IMG/VR virus record: IMGVR_UViG_3300013001_000001
Location: 1-43,280 of that record
Direction: 5' to 3' (one strand)
DNA from: a virus
Length of the DNA: 43,280 nucleotides
The position numbers and the translations under genes are program-made. The notes under the pieces were generated by a model. It searched no databases. It worked only from the letters and a program-made list of their open reading frames with translations, and was not told the DNA's origin. This document shows positions 15,591 through 24,919 of this stretch, in pieces. Numbering within the stretch: position 1 is the first letter of the stretch; every line of letters begins with the position of its first letter.

Positions 15591-17680
15591 CCTGCCCGCC
15601 CCCGCCGCTTGGTAGCGCCCTTCTGCAGGGCGGTGATTCGGAAGTGCTTCTCCAGGCCCTCGACCACGCTGGCCGCGCCAGTCAGGGGCACATCGCCGTA
15701 GCCCGGGATAGCCAGGTTGACCGGCCGCCCCGAGGCGCCGGTGGCCACGTCGGCAGCCGACGCCAGGCCCCCCTCGGCGAAGCGCGGCATCTGCATGCCG
15801 TTGAGCCGCTGCAGGGCGCCGACGCCGTAGTGCTTCACGGCGGCAGCGTTGAGGACGAACTCGCCGTCCGACAGGCGCGCCAGGATGGAGTCGGAGGTGC
15901 CGGTACCCGGGCCACGGACGTGGCCGCCGCCGGCGAAGCCCGGGGCCGACTTGCCGGCCGGCGCCGCGGCGGTGCCGGTGTCGGAGACGGCCAGGGTTAC
16001 CGGGATCTGGAACTGCGTCTTCAGCTGCTCGGCCAGGGTTTTCAGCTGCGCCTGGACGGCGGCCAGCTTGGTGTCGTCCAGGATCACGTCGACCTTGACC
16101 GCCTTCACCGCGGCCAGGTCTGCCTTCAGCTTGTCGATCTGCGCCTGGTAGTTGGTGACCTTCTGCTGCAGGGCGCCCTGGGCGTTCTGGTTGGCCGAGA
16201 CCTCGATCTGCTGCAGCTCCTTGATAAAGCCCTGCAGGCCGAACGTGGACCCGCCGGCGGCCTTCAGACGCTGCAGCACCTCATAGGCCTGCTCGGCGAG
16301 ATCCGAAGTCGCCTGGACGTCGCCCTTGGCGGCGGCAGCCCGGGCCTTCACCTTGAGATCCGCAGCCGCCGAATAGGTGGAGGCTTCCTCCTGGGGGCCA
16401 GCGGCGGCGAACTCCTTGAGGCGATCGCGATACTTCTTGTAGACCTCCAGCTGCTGCTCCTTCAGCGCCTTGATCTTGTTGGTGGCCTCGTTCTCCAGGG
16501 AGGTCTGCTTGCTGATCGCTTCCTGCAGGCCCTGGGCGACCGCCGTCTGCGCGGTGCGGACCTTGGACAGGTTGTCCTGGGTCACCTTGGCGTAGCTGGC
16601 CACCGATTGCTTGGAGCGCTCGTAGGAGGCGTTCAGCTGCGTCTGGACGTCGACCACCTTCGCGCCGGCGGCGGCGTACTCGCCGTTCCAGAGCTTCACC
16701 AGGCGATCAACCGTCTTGCGGTATTCCTCGATCGGATCGTTGATCGAGCCGGCGAAGGCCTCGCGGGCACCGGCCAGGTCGCCCCGGGCCAGGGCGGCGA
16801 CGCCGGCGGCCAGCGCGCCGAGGGACTTGCCCGCGGCCTGGAACATGCCGGAGATGGCGACGCCCACGCTGGTGACCACCTTCAGGCCAGAGCCCAGCAC
16901 GCTGGTCTGCTCGGCGGCGGTGCCGGTCTGCTTGCCGTAGTCCACCAGCAGGCCGGTCAGTTCGCGGATGGTCGGCGCCAGGGCGATGGCGACCCGCTGC
17001 TGGTAGTTGTCCGACACGGCGCCCAGGGTGGTGATCGAGGCGGTGAGATCCCGCGAGCCCTGCACGGCATCGCCGGACAGGATGAGGCCCATCTCCTGCG
17101 CCTGGCGCGACAGCAGGGCGAAGCCCTCGCCGTTGTTGCGCAGCAGGGGCAGCAGCCGCGAGGCGTCGTTGGCGATCGCCTCCAGGTAGAACGTCATTTC
17201 CGACTGGCTGAGATTGGCCTTCTCCAGGCTGGAGACGTAGAGCTGCAGGGCCTCGGGGCCGGAGAGGTTGCGGAATTCAGCCGCGGTCACCCCCACCTGG
17301 GGCGCGATGTTGGTGAAAAAGTCCTTCAGCTCGCCGCCGCCGGTGTTGATGAAGTCCCCGACCTTGTCCTGTACATCCTTGAAGATATCGCCGAGCTTCT
17401 CCTGCTCGATGCCGACCGAGCGCGCCCCGAACGCCAGGCCCTGAAACTCCTGGACGGTGGTGTTCGAGACCTGCGCCATCTGGTTCATTTCCAGCAGCGT
17501 GCGACTGGTCCCGTCCAGGAAGCCCTTGAAGGCGCCGACCGACAGCGCGCCGGCGATCGAGGCCCCCACGCGCGCCGCCTTGGTGTTCATATCGCCGAGC
17601 TGCTTATTGACCTCGTCGAAAGCCTTTTTGGTGGCGTTCTTGGCCCCGATGATGAACTCAGTCTTCGGATTCGACGGCAT
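15587..17680 (-). CDS. Tail tape measure protein, 697 aa
   Basis: Ala/Gln/Lys-rich coiled-coil protein directly after the G/GT chaperone pair. TAATG junction with the frameshift product. Confidence 0.88.
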   Translation of the reverse strand: MPSNPKTEFIIGAKNATKKAFDEVNKQLGDMNTKAARVGASIAGALSVGAFKGFLDGTSRTLLEMNQMAQVSNTTVQEFQGLAFGARSVGIEQEKLGDIFKDVQDKVGDFINTGGGELKDFFTNIAPQVGVTAAEFRNLSGPEALQLYVSSLEKANLSQSEMTFYLEAIANDASRLLPLLRNNGEGFALLSRQAQEMGLILSGDAVQGSRDLTASITTLGAVSDNYQQRVAIALAPTIRELTGLLVDYGKQTGTAAEQTSVLGSGLKVVTSVGVAISGMFQAAGKSLGALAAGVAALARGDLAGAREAFAGSINDPIEEYRKTVDRLVKLWNGEYAAAGAKVVDVQTQLNASYERSKQSVASYAKVTQDNLSKVRTAQTAVAQGLQEAISKQTSLENEATNKIKALKEQQLEVYKKYRDRLKEFAAAGPQEEASTYSAAADLKVKARAAAAKGDVQATSDLAEQAYEVLQRLKAAGGSTFGLQGFIKELQQIEVSANQNAQGALQQKVTNYQAQIDKLKADLAAVKAVKVDVILDDTKLAAVQAQLKTLAEQLKTQFQIPVTLAVSDTGTAAAPAGKSAPGFAGGGHVRGPGTGTSDSILARLSDGEFVLNAAAVKHYGVGALQRLNGMQMPRFAEGGLASAADVATGASGRPVNLAIPGYGDVPLTGAASVVEGLEKHFRITALQKGATKRRGRAG

Positions 17681-18218
17681 TAGCTCAGACTCTTCAGAAT
17701 GCGTTTGTAGTCAGCAGGCGCCGCCTGGGACGCGCGCAGCAGCAACAGCTGCAGGCGGTGATCCTCGCGGCGCTGCCGGTCGATCTGTTCCAGGAAGGCC
17801 TCGATCTGGCCGAGGGTGTAATCGCCGACCGCCGCCGGCGGGTGCCCGGCGCCGATCAGCTGCTGGGCGACGCCCGCCCACCCAAGGCTTCTGCCAGCGC
17901 TGGGAGGGCCTGAGCGAAAAAACCCGTGTTCGCCCGAATGGCCAGGCAGAAGACCTGGAGCAGCACAGCCAGAGGCATGCGCCAGGCCTGCCAGCGGTTG
18001 AGGCTGGTGCAGCAGACCACCGCCCGCTGCAGCGCGCGGGCGTTGCGCGCAGCGAAGGCATTGAGCGCGTCCAGGTCGGTGCCGAGCAGGGTGACCACCT
18101 GCCCGGCCACGGCGCCGTAGACCTCGAAGTCCTTGAGGCGCACCGGCCGCAGCTCGACGCGCAGCCGGCCGACCAGGACGTGCTCCGGTTGCGGGAACAG
18201 CACGCCGAGGTCACTCAT
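17680..18218 (-). CDS. Tail assembly chaperone, -1 frameshift fusion product (gpGT analogue), about 179 aa
   Basis: After a -1 slip at G GGT TTT, the frame reads ...GFFRSGPPSAGRSLGWAGVAQQLIGAGHPPAAVGDYTLGQIEAFLEQIDRQRREDHRLQLLLLRASQAAPADYKRILKSLS* and ends at the tape-measure ATG. Confidence 0.7.
17856..18218 (-). CDS. Tail assembly chaperone (lambda gpG analogue), 120 aa
   Basis: Lies between the major tail and tape measure genes. Contains the slippery heptamer near its 3' end. Confidence 0.8.
   Translation of the reverse strand: MSDLGVLFPQPEHVLVGRLRVELRPVRLKDFEVYGAVAGQVVTLLGTDLDALNAFAARNARALQRAVVCCTSLNRWQAWRMPLAVLLQVFCLAIRANTGFFAQALPALAEALGGRASPSS
17919..17925 (-). promoter_or_regulatory. 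Programmed -1 ribosomal frameshift slippery site GGGTTTT
   Basis: X XXY YYZ heptamer in the zero frame of the chaperone gene. The -1 frame stays open for 81 codons down to 17680. Confidence 0.7.
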
Positions 18219-18955
18219 GCGGCAGCGCGCTCTTTCTCAATGCGGAAGTACGCGGACTTGCCGACGCCGCCCCGGGTGGTGTCCTTGAGGGATTCGGCCG
18301 TCACATCCAGCGCGGCGAAGTCATCGCCGATCCAGTTGAGGTCCTGCGCGGCGCCGATCTTCACCCGGTGGATGCGGATATTGGCGCGCTTGCCGGTACC
18401 GGCTTCGTTCATGCCCTCGAAGAACATCTCGTACACCTGGCCCGAATCGGTCAGGGCTTCGATGACGTCGACGCCGGCGCCCTGGTAGGCGATGGTCAGC
18501 TCGGTGTCTGCAGGCAGCGCCGAGTCTTCCGGGATCAGGATCCCGCCGCCGGTGGCCACATACGCGCCGTCATCGGCCTTCAGCTCGCTCGCGCCGTTCT
18601 TCACGGTGGTGATGGTCAGCGGCATGCGGTCGAGCACGATCAGGCCGCCAGGCGCTGCCTTGTGCTTCTCACCGGCCACCGCCTCGGGCTTGAGGTAGGT
18701 GCTGGTGGCGTACAGGACCTTCACCAGGTTGGAGACGGACAGCTCGTTCCAGGACATGGCGATCTCGACCGACTCGATGCGGCGGACAGAGTCGTACTTG
18801 CCGCCGCCCGGCGAGGTGTGGTCCGCCAGGGATATCTCGTTCTCGTTGATGTTGAAGGACAGCTGCTCACAGTTGCCGATGCGGGCGAACGGCGCGCTGC
18901 TGCCGTAGGCGCGAAGGGATACGTTGCCCGATCCAAGCCAGGTCTCGATTGCCAT
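18215..18955 (-). CDS. Major tail (tube) protein, 246 aa
   Basis: Position equivalent to lambda V, between the tail terminator and the chaperones. Strong RBS AGGAGA. Confidence 0.8.
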   Translation of the reverse strand: MAIETWLGSGNVSLRAYGSSAPFARIGNCEQLSFNINENEISLADHTSPGGGKYDSVRRIESVEIAMSWNELSVSNLVKVLYATSTYLKPEAVAGEKHKAAPGGLIVLDRMPLTITTVKNGASELKADDGAYVATGGGILIPEDSALPADTELTIAYQGAGVDVIEALTDSGQVYEMFFEGMNEAGTGKRANIRIHRVKIGAAQDLNWIGDDFAALDVTAESLKDTTRGGVGKSAYFRIEKERAAA

Positions 18956-18976
18956 GCGGAAGGTCTCCTGCAGATG

Positions 18977-18999
18977 AAAAAAACCCGCGGGGCGCGGGT
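18977..18999 (-). terminator. Rho-independent terminator between the tail-terminator and major-tail genes
   Basis: Minus strand ACCCGCG-CCC-CGCGGGT followed by T7. Confidence 0.75.
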
Positions 19000-19004
19000 C
19001 GGGG

Positions 19005-19436
19005 TCAGTAGTTCTCGGAGTAGTTGAGCGACACAGCGCTCACCAGGCGCCAGGTGGTGGAGCCATCCACCCCAGGCGGCAGGTAGGCCGCCTCCTCCTC
19101 GTTGCGCCAGCCCGGGAAGGCACGCTGCGGCTGGGGCTTGCCCAGGCCGAAGGACCGCAGCAGATCGTGGTGGCACAGCTCCAGGTCGCGGCGTTCGGCG
19201 GTACCGGCGAAGACGACCTCGATCTCGTACTCGCGCACCCGCTTGGCGCTGGGGCCAGCCATGGTGTCGATCCGGTCCAGGTTGAGCCGCACCAGGGCAT
19301 AGGGCTTGCGGGCATCCTTGGGCACCTTGCGGGCGTCCTCGTAGATGCCGAACAGCTGGGTGTGGAAGCCGGCGGACGGCACGATGCCCTCCAGGGCTTC
19401 CACCAGGGAGGCAGTCAGGTCGGTGCCTTTGGTCAT
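19005..19436 (-). CDS. Tail terminator protein (gpU-like), 143 aa
   Basis: Gene order Z-U-V as in lambda; size and composition fit. Confidence 0.6.
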   Translation of the reverse strand: MTKGTDLTASLVEALEGIVPSAGFHTQLFGIYEDARKVPKDARKPYALVRLNLDRIDTMAGPSAKRVREYEIEVVFAGTAERRDLELCHHDLLRSFGLGKPQPQRAFPGWRNEEEAAYLPPGVDGSTTWRLVSAVSLNYSENY

Positions 19437-19984
19437 GCGCTCTTAACCTCCGCCTCGATCTGCTTGCGGAATTCCTGCTGCAGGTAGGCGTTAACCCAGC
19501 GGATGAGCTGGTCGTTGGTCATCTGGCGGAAGAAGTACGCCAGGCTGGGGCCGAGGGCGGTGCGCGGCTGGGTGGCCGATGCGCGGGCGCCCCGGGTGCG
19601 CAGGGCGAGCTTGCGAGCAGACGCCGGGTTGACGAAGCCGGCGGCCAGCTTGCGGCCCTGCAGGGACCGCACGAAGATCCGCGCCCGGGTAGGCGCCACC
19701 ACGCTGTAGTTCCAGCCGGCCCAGGACGGGATCGGGACGCCGGCCGAAGACGGGATGATGCGCGCAGCGCTGGAGCGCTTACCGGCCCGGCGGATCGAGA
19801 AGCCGCGGCGCAGCGCCTTACGGTCGACGAACAGCCGCTGCAGGGGCTTCACATACTTCAGCTGGCGGGTCCCCACGGCGGTGCGGTTGACGGTCTTTTT
19901 CATCACCGGATCGATCGAGCGACCCACCGACTCCAGGTGCTTCTGGACCTGCTCCACGCCGACCAGGCTGACGTTGACCTGCAT
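19433..19984 (-). CDS. Minor tail / tail completion protein (gpZ-like), 183 aa
   Basis: N-terminus VGVEQVQKHLESVGRSIDPVMKKTVNRTA resembles lambda Z GLEQAVENLSRISKTAVPGAAAMAINRVA. Basic central region. Confidence 0.6.
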   Translation of the reverse strand: MQVNVSLVGVEQVQKHLESVGRSIDPVMKKTVNRTAVGTRQLKYVKPLQRLFVDRKALRRGFSIRRAGKRSSAARIIPSSAGVPIPSWAGWNYSVVAPTRARIFVRSLQGRKLAAGFVNPASARKLALRTRGARASATQPRTALGPSLAYFFRQMTNDQLIRWVNAYLQQEFRKQIEAEVKSA

Positions 19985-20535
19985 CAGAGCGCCTCCAGCC
20001 AGACGCTGCGGACCACGCCATCGTCGCTGTCCTGGGCGAAGCCCATCACCCGGTACCGGGCGCCGGCGACGCGCAGCTGGTCGTCGACCTCGATCGGGCC
20101 GGTTTCCACCAGGGCGAGCTGGGCGCGGGTGCGGTGCTCGACCACCTGCTGCAGGTCATCAAGTAGCGGCGCGGAATACTCCAGGTATACCCGGCACGGG
20201 CGCTCGACGCCGGCCATGGGCTCGAACCAGGCCGGCAGCCCCACCAGCTCATCGGCGGTCATGACGAACTCGCCCTGGTTGCCCAGGGGCCGCACCTCCA
20301 GCAGATGGAACAGCCGGTCGTTGCGCACCAGGCGCAGGTAGCGCGACGCGGCCAGGCGGTCGACCTCCCGGGCACGGATGTCGGCCTTGGTGGGCATGCG
20401 CAGGCCTGTCTGCGCGGATCCTTCGGCGGCGTCCTTCACGCGGACATCCACCCACACCCGGCCGTGCTCGAGCACGGACAGATCCGGGCGCAGCTCCTGG
20501 ATCATGGCGCGGCTGGTGAGGCGCCCGGCCCTCAT
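19984..20535 (-). CDS. Head-tail adaptor / head closure protein, 183 aa
   Basis: The MRAGRLTSRAMIQEL start is typical of head-closure proteins. Position after the connector gene. Confidence 0.6.
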   Translation of the reverse strand: MRAGRLTSRAMIQELRPDLSVLEHGRVWVDVRVKDAAEGSAQTGLRMPTKADIRAREVDRLAASRYLRLVRNDRLFHLLEVRPLGNQGEFVMTADELVGLPAWFEPMAGVERPCRVYLEYSAPLLDDLQQVVEHRTRAQLALVETGPIEVDDQLRVAGARYRVMGFAQDSDDGVVRSVWLEAL

Positions 20536-21026
20536 ACCCCCAGCCCCCGGCGGTAGGGTGCGAGGAACGTCCTGGAGCCCAGCGGCAGGGCCACCACGGA
20601 CACGCCGATGATGGAGTCCTCGCGGTTGTTGTAGAGATGCCCCAGGGTCAGCAGGCAGGCGGTCTGGATGGCGGCATTGATCACCATGCCGTGCTCGACC
20701 GCGGCCAGCCGCGCCAGCTCCTCCAGGAACTGGTCCTCCAGATCCACCAGGCGCCGGCGGTGTTGATCCACCAGCGCGGGGCTGGGCATGTACATGGAGC
20801 CGCTGCCAGCACGCAGCCGCTCCTCGTATTTGGCGACCAGCGCCCGGCGGCGCTCGTCGATGTCGGCCTGGGCCAGAGCCATGGCCGCGGCGTCGGAGTA
20901 GAAGCGGCGCTGCAGGAACGCAACCGCCGCCTCCTCCGCCGCATCGAGGTAGGCCTGGACCAGTTCCCGATCGTCATCCTCCGCGCGCAGATGATCCATG
21001 GCGAGCTGGATAGCGATAACGGACAT
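20532..21026 (-). CDS. Head-tail connector (gp6-like) protein, 164 aa
   Basis: ATG 21026 with RBS GAGGAGA. DHLRAEDDDRELVQAYLDAAEEAAVAFL is typical of the gp6-like connector family. Confidence 0.65.
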   Translation of the reverse strand: MSVIAIQLAMDHLRAEDDDRELVQAYLDAAEEAAVAFLQRRFYSDAAAMALAQADIDERRRALVAKYEERLRAGSGSMYMPSPALVDQHRRRLVDLEDQFLEELARLAAVEHGMVINAAIQTACLLTLGHLYNNREDSIIGVSVVALPLGSRTFLAPYRRGLGV

Positions 21027-21051
21027 GGCGGGTCTCCTCGGCGGACCAGGG

Positions 21052-21348
21052 TTAGCTCGATTTTTTGGTTCGAGCCGTGGTGGTGCGGGGCTGCTTGGCG
21101 GCCACTTCCTGCGCCGCGGCTTGCCCGGGGCTGACGATGGCGCTGGTATCGAGGCCGGCGGTGCGTTCGGTATCGAGCGCCCAGCCATGCTCACCCAGCT
21201 CCACCAGCGGATCGGATGGGCCATCGTCATCGACGGCGTAGCCCTTCTCCTTCAGCTCCTTGCCGTGCGGATCCGTGGTCTTGAAGACCTGGCCCTCGCG
21301 CAGGACCTGGCCACCCAGGTAAAGCACCTTGGTCGTTTTCAGTTTCAT
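21052..21348 (-). CDS. Hypothetical head-module protein, 98 aa
   Basis: ATG 21348 with RBS GGAGAT. Lies between the capsid and connector genes. Confidence 0.6.
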   Translation of the reverse strand: MKLKTTKVLYLGGQVLREGQVFKTTDPHGKELKEKGYAVDDDGPSDPLVELGEHGWALDTERTAGLDTSAIVSPGQAAAQEVAAKQPRTTTARTKKSS

Positions 21349-21389
21349 GGTGATCTCCAGGGGCCGCCCCGGGGGGCGGCCAGGGTGGG

Positions 21390-22616
21390 TTAGGCGCCAG
21401 CGCCAGCAGCAGCGCCGGTGAACTCGCCGTAGACGAAGGCCTCGGGGCGGTACACGAACAGCGCCAGCCGCTCTTCGCAGCGGACGGAGATCATGTTGTC
21501 CTCGAAGTCGGTGGCGTTCTCGGTCGAGATCACCACGTTGGCCTGCTCGCGATCGAAGATCTGCGCGGCGCTGTTGAAGGCGCCGGTCAGGAACTTGCCC
21601 TCGAAGGCGGGCGCATCGGTGGGCACCACCGGCAGACCCCACAGGGTGGGGCCAGCGAGCTGCAGCGGGTTTGCCAGGATGTAGTTGCCGTTGGCGTCCT
21701 TGGTCAGCTCGATGCGCGCCCAGTCGATCATGTGCAGCACATGACCGGACGCCGGCAGGCGAGCGATCTGCGTCTGCAGCATGGCCAGGCGCAGATCGTC
21801 GATGCCGCTGCGGCGCTCGACGTCGAACGCGGCCTTGAAGTCCACCGCCTGCGGAACGATGCCGTGCAGGTGCTGGCCAGTGCCATCGCCGAACAGTATC
21901 TCGTCCTCCTCGACCGACTTGAGGCCGAAGCGCATCTCGGTGTCGATCTGCGACATCAGCGCCGGCATATCGTCCAGGACCTGCTTGGAGGCCTTGAACA
22001 TATGCGCCAGCGTGGAGACGGCGGTCATCTTGGTGGTGAACTTGATGTCGCTGTAAGGCTTCTTGGTGCCTTCCGGGACCACCGCGGCGCGGTTGGTGAA
22101 GCCGGACTGCTGGACCAGCCAGAGCGCGGGCTTGTCGGTGGTACCCGGGGCCAGCAGATCGCGAACGAACAGCCGGCGCTTGGGCAGCACGTCAATGCCC
22201 GGCAGGCGCTGGGGCTCGATCACGCCCTCGGGCAGATCAGGCGACAGCAGCGCAGCCTGGACAGGGATGGAGATCCGGCGGCCACCTTCGATGGAGGCAG
22301 CGAACTCCTTCAGGGCCTGGCTTTTGATCACCTGGGCGCCAGGGGTCTCGCGCAGCGACTGAGGGGCACGGCCAGGCAGCGCCACCAGCTCCTGCTCGAC
22401 TTCGCCCAGGCGAGCCTTCAGCTGGCGCTCGGCTTCGGTCAGGGTGTTGAAGGTGAGCGCGAGCTCATCCACCTTGGCCTTGGTTTCCTCCGACAGCTCG
22501 CCGGCGCGGCGGGCCTCCTTGAGGGCGGAATCCGCCTCTTTGGTGAATTTCTCCGAGGCCTGGGTCAGCTCGGCGGTGACCTTCTTGAGCAGGTCGGCAT
22601 TGGATAGATCGGTCAT
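21390..22616 (-). CDS. Major capsid protein, HK97 fold, with N-terminal delta (scaffold) domain, 408 aa
   Basis: Coiled-coil N-terminal region of about 100 aa followed by a typical HK97-family body. Follows the ClpP-like protease. A GC hairpin lies after the stop. Confidence 0.9.
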   Translation of the reverse strand: MTDLSNADLLKKVTAELTQASEKFTKEADSALKEARRAGELSEETKAKVDELALTFNTLTEAERQLKARLGEVEQELVALPGRAPQSLRETPGAQVIKSQALKEFAASIEGGRRISIPVQAALLSPDLPEGVIEPQRLPGIDVLPKRRLFVRDLLAPGTTDKPALWLVQQSGFTNRAAVVPEGTKKPYSDIKFTTKMTAVSTLAHMFKASKQVLDDMPALMSQIDTEMRFGLKSVEEDEILFGDGTGQHLHGIVPQAVDFKAAFDVERRSGIDDLRLAMLQTQIARLPASGHVLHMIDWARIELTKDANGNYILANPLQLAGPTLWGLPVVPTDAPAFEGKFLTGAFNSAAQIFDREQANVVISTENATDFEDNMISVRCEERLALFVYRPEAFVYGEFTGAAAGAGA

Positions 22617-22618
22617 GG

Positions 22619-23494
22619 TTAAGCTCCGAAACGAGAGGATGCCGATTGCAGCGCCGCGAGGGCCTGCTGGAGTTCGGCGAAGGCGGCCTGTTCGGCCATC
22701 GAATCGGCAGCGCTGGGCGTACCGGCGCCGGTAGCGCTAGGCGTACCGGACTTGATCTCTGCGATGAGGGCGCGGCGCTCGCTGCGGGGCATGCCCGCGC
22801 GGGCCAGGACCACGTCCAGGCGGCGGGCGGCGATCTGCGGGCCGCGGGCCTGGGTGGACTCGGTGATCTGTTCGGACGGCAGCAGGCCATCGGCCAGGCC
22901 TGCCTCGATGGCGGCGGAGCCGCCCAGCCAGGTCTCGGCGTCCATCAGCGTCTGGACCGCCGCGATGTCCTGCCCGGTATGGGCGGCGTAGATGTCCGCC
23001 ATGGCCTGGTCGAAGGGTTCGAGGCTATCGGCCATGGCATGCAGGTCCAGGCGGTTACCTTGGGCCAGCACCCAGCAGTTGTGGATCATGAAGAACGCGG
23101 AGCGCCCGATCTCGATCCGGTCGCCGGCCATGGCGACGATGGACGCCGCCGAGGCGGCCAGGCCGAGGACCTTGATGGTGACGTGGCCCTCGTACTCGCG
23201 CAGGACGTTGTACATGGCCAGGCCCTCGAACATATCGCCGCCGGGGCTGTTGATGTTCACGGTCACGTCTTCGCCGCCCATGCCGCGCAGGGCGCCGGCG
23301 ATGCGCTTGGCGGTGGCGCCCTCGCCCGTCCAGTAGTCGATGCCGATGGGGTCGAAAATCGAGATGGTGCGGTCGTCGGCGGCGGCGGCCTGAATCTCCG
23401 GCTGCCAGCGCTCCAGGGCCAGAGGCAGCAGCTCGGCGCTTACTTTCACGCAGGGGCGTGCCGCCGGCGCGGCCGGAAGGGTGCGGATGGTCAT
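22619..23494 (-). CDS. Head maturation protease, ClpP/S14-like, 291 aa
   Basis: Motifs NINSPGGDMFEG, GLAASAASIVAMAG and FFMIHN. Confidence 0.88.
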   Translation of the reverse strand: MTIRTLPAAPAARPCVKVSAELLPLALERWQPEIQAAAADDRTISIFDPIGIDYWTGEGATAKRIAGALRGMGGEDVTVNINSPGGDMFEGLAMYNVLREYEGHVTIKVLGLAASAASIVAMAGDRIEIGRSAFFMIHNCWVLAQGNRLDLHAMADSLEPFDQAMADIYAAHTGQDIAAVQTLMDAETWLGGSAAIEAGLADGLLPSEQITESTQARGPQIAARRLDVVLARAGMPRSERRALIAEIKSGTPSATGAGTPSAADSMAEQAAFAELQQALAALQSASSRFGA

Positions 23495-23509
23495 GGTGGA
23501 CTCCAGGAG

Positions 23510-24919
23510 TTAAGCGGCTTGCTGTTGCCGATCGAGGGACATGAGGGTGTGAGCCATGGCGGGGCCTTCAGCGTGGCCCGCCTCCAGCGCCTGGGAGGCC
23601 TGGTCGACCGCCATGCGCAAGCGCTCCAGGTCGCCCGCCTCGATGGCCGCCTTGACGATGACGGACCAGGCCGAGGCCTGCGGGGCGATGCCCAGCTGAT
23701 CCAGCGGCACCAGGGCGGACTGGACGGTGTAGGTGTCGCCACCTGGGATCGGCGGCAGGTTCTCCAACCGGCGTACCTCGTTGCGAGACATCCAGCCGTT
23801 CTGCAGGGCGGTGTTGTAGTAGGCCGAGCGGCCGGTGGAGTCGGCGCGCAGCAGGCCTTCTACGGCGAATTCGGCGAACACATCCTCGTCCTCGATGCCG
23901 ATCAGGCAGCGGGAGATCTCCTGCTCGATGTTCACCAGCAGCGGGCGCAGAGAGTTGGTCAGAAAGTGCAGGTTCTGCGCCTCGACCGAGGATGCCCACG
24001 ACGACTGCTTGTCCATGTGGCCGACCATGAAAGGCGGCACGCGGAACCACCGGCACATCTCCTCGACGGCGAAGCTGCGGGTCTCCAGCATCTGCGCCGA
24101 CTCGGGGTCGATGGTGATGCCCTGATACTTCAGGCCCGCCTCCAGCACCATGGTCTTGCCGGCGTTGCGCGAGCCCTGGAAGGCTTCCATGCTCTTGCGC
24201 AGTTTGGCCCGCTGCGCCTCGGTGAGGGTGCCTGCGCCCTGCCCGGCGCCGCCCTCCACTGTGAGGAAGCCAGAGGCCTGCAGGCCCTGGGCGAAGAACT
24301 TGGCCGCCGCCTCCTCCGCCGACATCGCATGACCGATGATCTCGCGGCCGGTGCCGATGGGCTTGAGCCCGGAGATCCCGTCCAGGCCGAAGCCGCGGAT
24401 GTGCATGATGTTCTTGGTGGGAATGACCCGGTCGGTACCCGAGGACAGATCGGTGTACTTGAGCTGGCCCGTCTCGGTACGTTCGACCCGGATGTGCTGC
24501 GGCAGCAGCGGGACCAGGGAGATGATCCGGCCGCCGATCATTCGCTTCTCGACGTAGGCGTTACCGCGCAGGCAGATCGAGGCGACCACCATCAGCATGA
24601 AGCGCTGCGGGGTCATTTCCGGGTTCGGCTGCCGGCACAGCAGCTGGTACAGCGGGTGATCCTTCGCCGTCTGGCGGCTGCCATCGGGCATGCGCTGGTA
24701 CAGGCGCAGCGGCAGCGTGGAGATCGTCTCCGACAGCAGCCGCACGCACGCCCACACGGTGGAGAGCTGCAGGGCGCTATCGACCGTGACGTTCTGTCCA
24801 GACTTGGACGTGACCGCAAACCACTCCTGCCAGAACTCTCCGCTGGTGAGGCCGATAGGGACACCCAGCCAGTCAAGGAGCTTGGCTTTAACGCGGCCAG
24901 GCTTTCTGCTTCGGGCCAT
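23510..24919 (-). CDS. Portal protein, HK97 family, 469 aa
   Basis: Size, position between TerL and the protease, and overall sequence character of HK97-type portals. Confidence 0.85.
   Translation of the reverse strand: MARSRKPGRVKAKLLDWLGVPIGLTSGEFWQEWFAVTSKSGQNVTVDSALQLSTVWACVRLLSETISTLPLRLYQRMPDGSRQTAKDHPLYQLLCRQPNPEMTPQRFMLMVVASICLRGNAYVEKRMIGGRIISLVPLLPQHIRVERTETGQLKYTDLSSGTDRVIPTKNIMHIRGFGLDGISGLKPIGTGREIIGHAMSAEEAAAKFFAQGLQASGFLTVEGGAGQGAGTLTEAQRAKLRKSMEAFQGSRNAGKTMVLEAGLKYQGITIDPESAQMLETRSFAVEEMCRWFRVPPFMVGHMDKQSSWASSVEAQNLHFLTNSLRPLLVNIEQEISRCLIGIEDEDVFAEFAVEGLLRADSTGRSAYYNTALQNGWMSRNEVRRLENLPPIPGGDTYTVQSALVPLDQLGIAPQASAWSVIVKAAIEAGDLERLRMAVDQASQALEAGHAEGPAMAHTLMSLDRQQQAA

Noticed and set aside
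15644-17683. Very long antisense ORFs: 15644..17683 (+) 679 aa, 11824..14073 (+) 749 aa, 22646..24970 (+) 774 aa, 25195..26664 (+), 35816..37009 (-), 40043..40912 (-), 41446..42627 (-)
   Set aside because: Their products are Arg/Gly/Ala/Pro-rich low-complexity strings, typical of the non-coding strand in high-GC DNA. Each lies opposite a gene with a clear family assignment or a normal protein composition.
17711-18214. 167-aa ORF in the third frame of the chaperone region, considered as the T part of G/GT
   Set aside because: It is in the wrong frame for a -1 slip at GGGTTTT and has an Arg/Pro-rich composition. The true -1 frame ends at 17680.
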